A DNA stretch of 63,286 nucleotides, the filler included, from Choristocarpus tenellus KU-1152 (taxonomy: Eukaryota > Protista > Phaeophyceae), in NCBI GenBank assembly GCA_964200185.2. It is 10 parts of 10 records of this genome, joined end to end, with 100 filler letters (N's around TTAATTAATTAA, not from the genome) between each part and the next. Parts side by side here need not be neighbours in the genome. Positions count along the whole stretch, not along the records: positions 51,907 to 63,286 come from CAXNAD020002355.1; 9 more parts are not named here. One strand, 5' to 3'. This document shows positions 63,145-63,286 of this stretch, in pieces (the stretch's first letter is position 1; each line of letters opens with the position of its first letter). The notes below the pieces were generated by a model. It did no database searches, was not told the DNA's origin, and saw nothing but the letters and a program-made list of their open reading frames with translations. The translations under genes and the position numbers were made by a program.

Positions 63145-63286
63145 GTAAACTGGGAAAATATTGTTGTCTCCCTTCTCACCACATAACACATTTTCCCTCT
63201 AATTTATGAAACATATTATAGTAAAATGCTCCTGTTTTTTGTGTTCCCACGAAAAGCCCGACGCAACGAGGTATACCAGATCACAG

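Overview
Eukaryotic, intron-rich genomic DNA, not a contiguous locus. It is ten assembly contigs joined by nine artificial 100-bp linkers (N44-TTAATTAATTAA-N44). TTAGGG repeats, long spliceosomal introns, an intraflagellar-transport gene and the transposon types suggest a flagellated stramenopile such as a brown alga (inference). Most ORFs in the six-frame track are spurious, and the real genes were rebuilt by manual splicing. Protein genes: a bacterial-type (SaPLC1-like) PI-phospholipase C, two C2-domain exons, TAF11, a HERP-like ubiquitin-domain membrane protein, RPP40, CLUAP1/IFT38 (split between two contigs, which it scaffolds), an ankyrin protein and a type II membrane protein with an acidic repeat stem. 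RNA genes: tRNA-Lys(CTT) and a U2 snRNA. Repeats: mariner and CRE-like relics, a TIR MITE family and minisatellites. Best leads: (1) an unannotated small gene with an N-terminal Scm3/HJURP-like (CENP-A chaperone) motif, head-to-head with RPP40; (2) signs of relaxed splicing, namely frequent AAG acceptors, GC donors, telomeric repeats at branch-point positions or in inverted pairs around an exon, and a U2 snRNA with non-consensus positions and an extra 3' hairpin. All gene models are manual and unverified by transcripts or database search.
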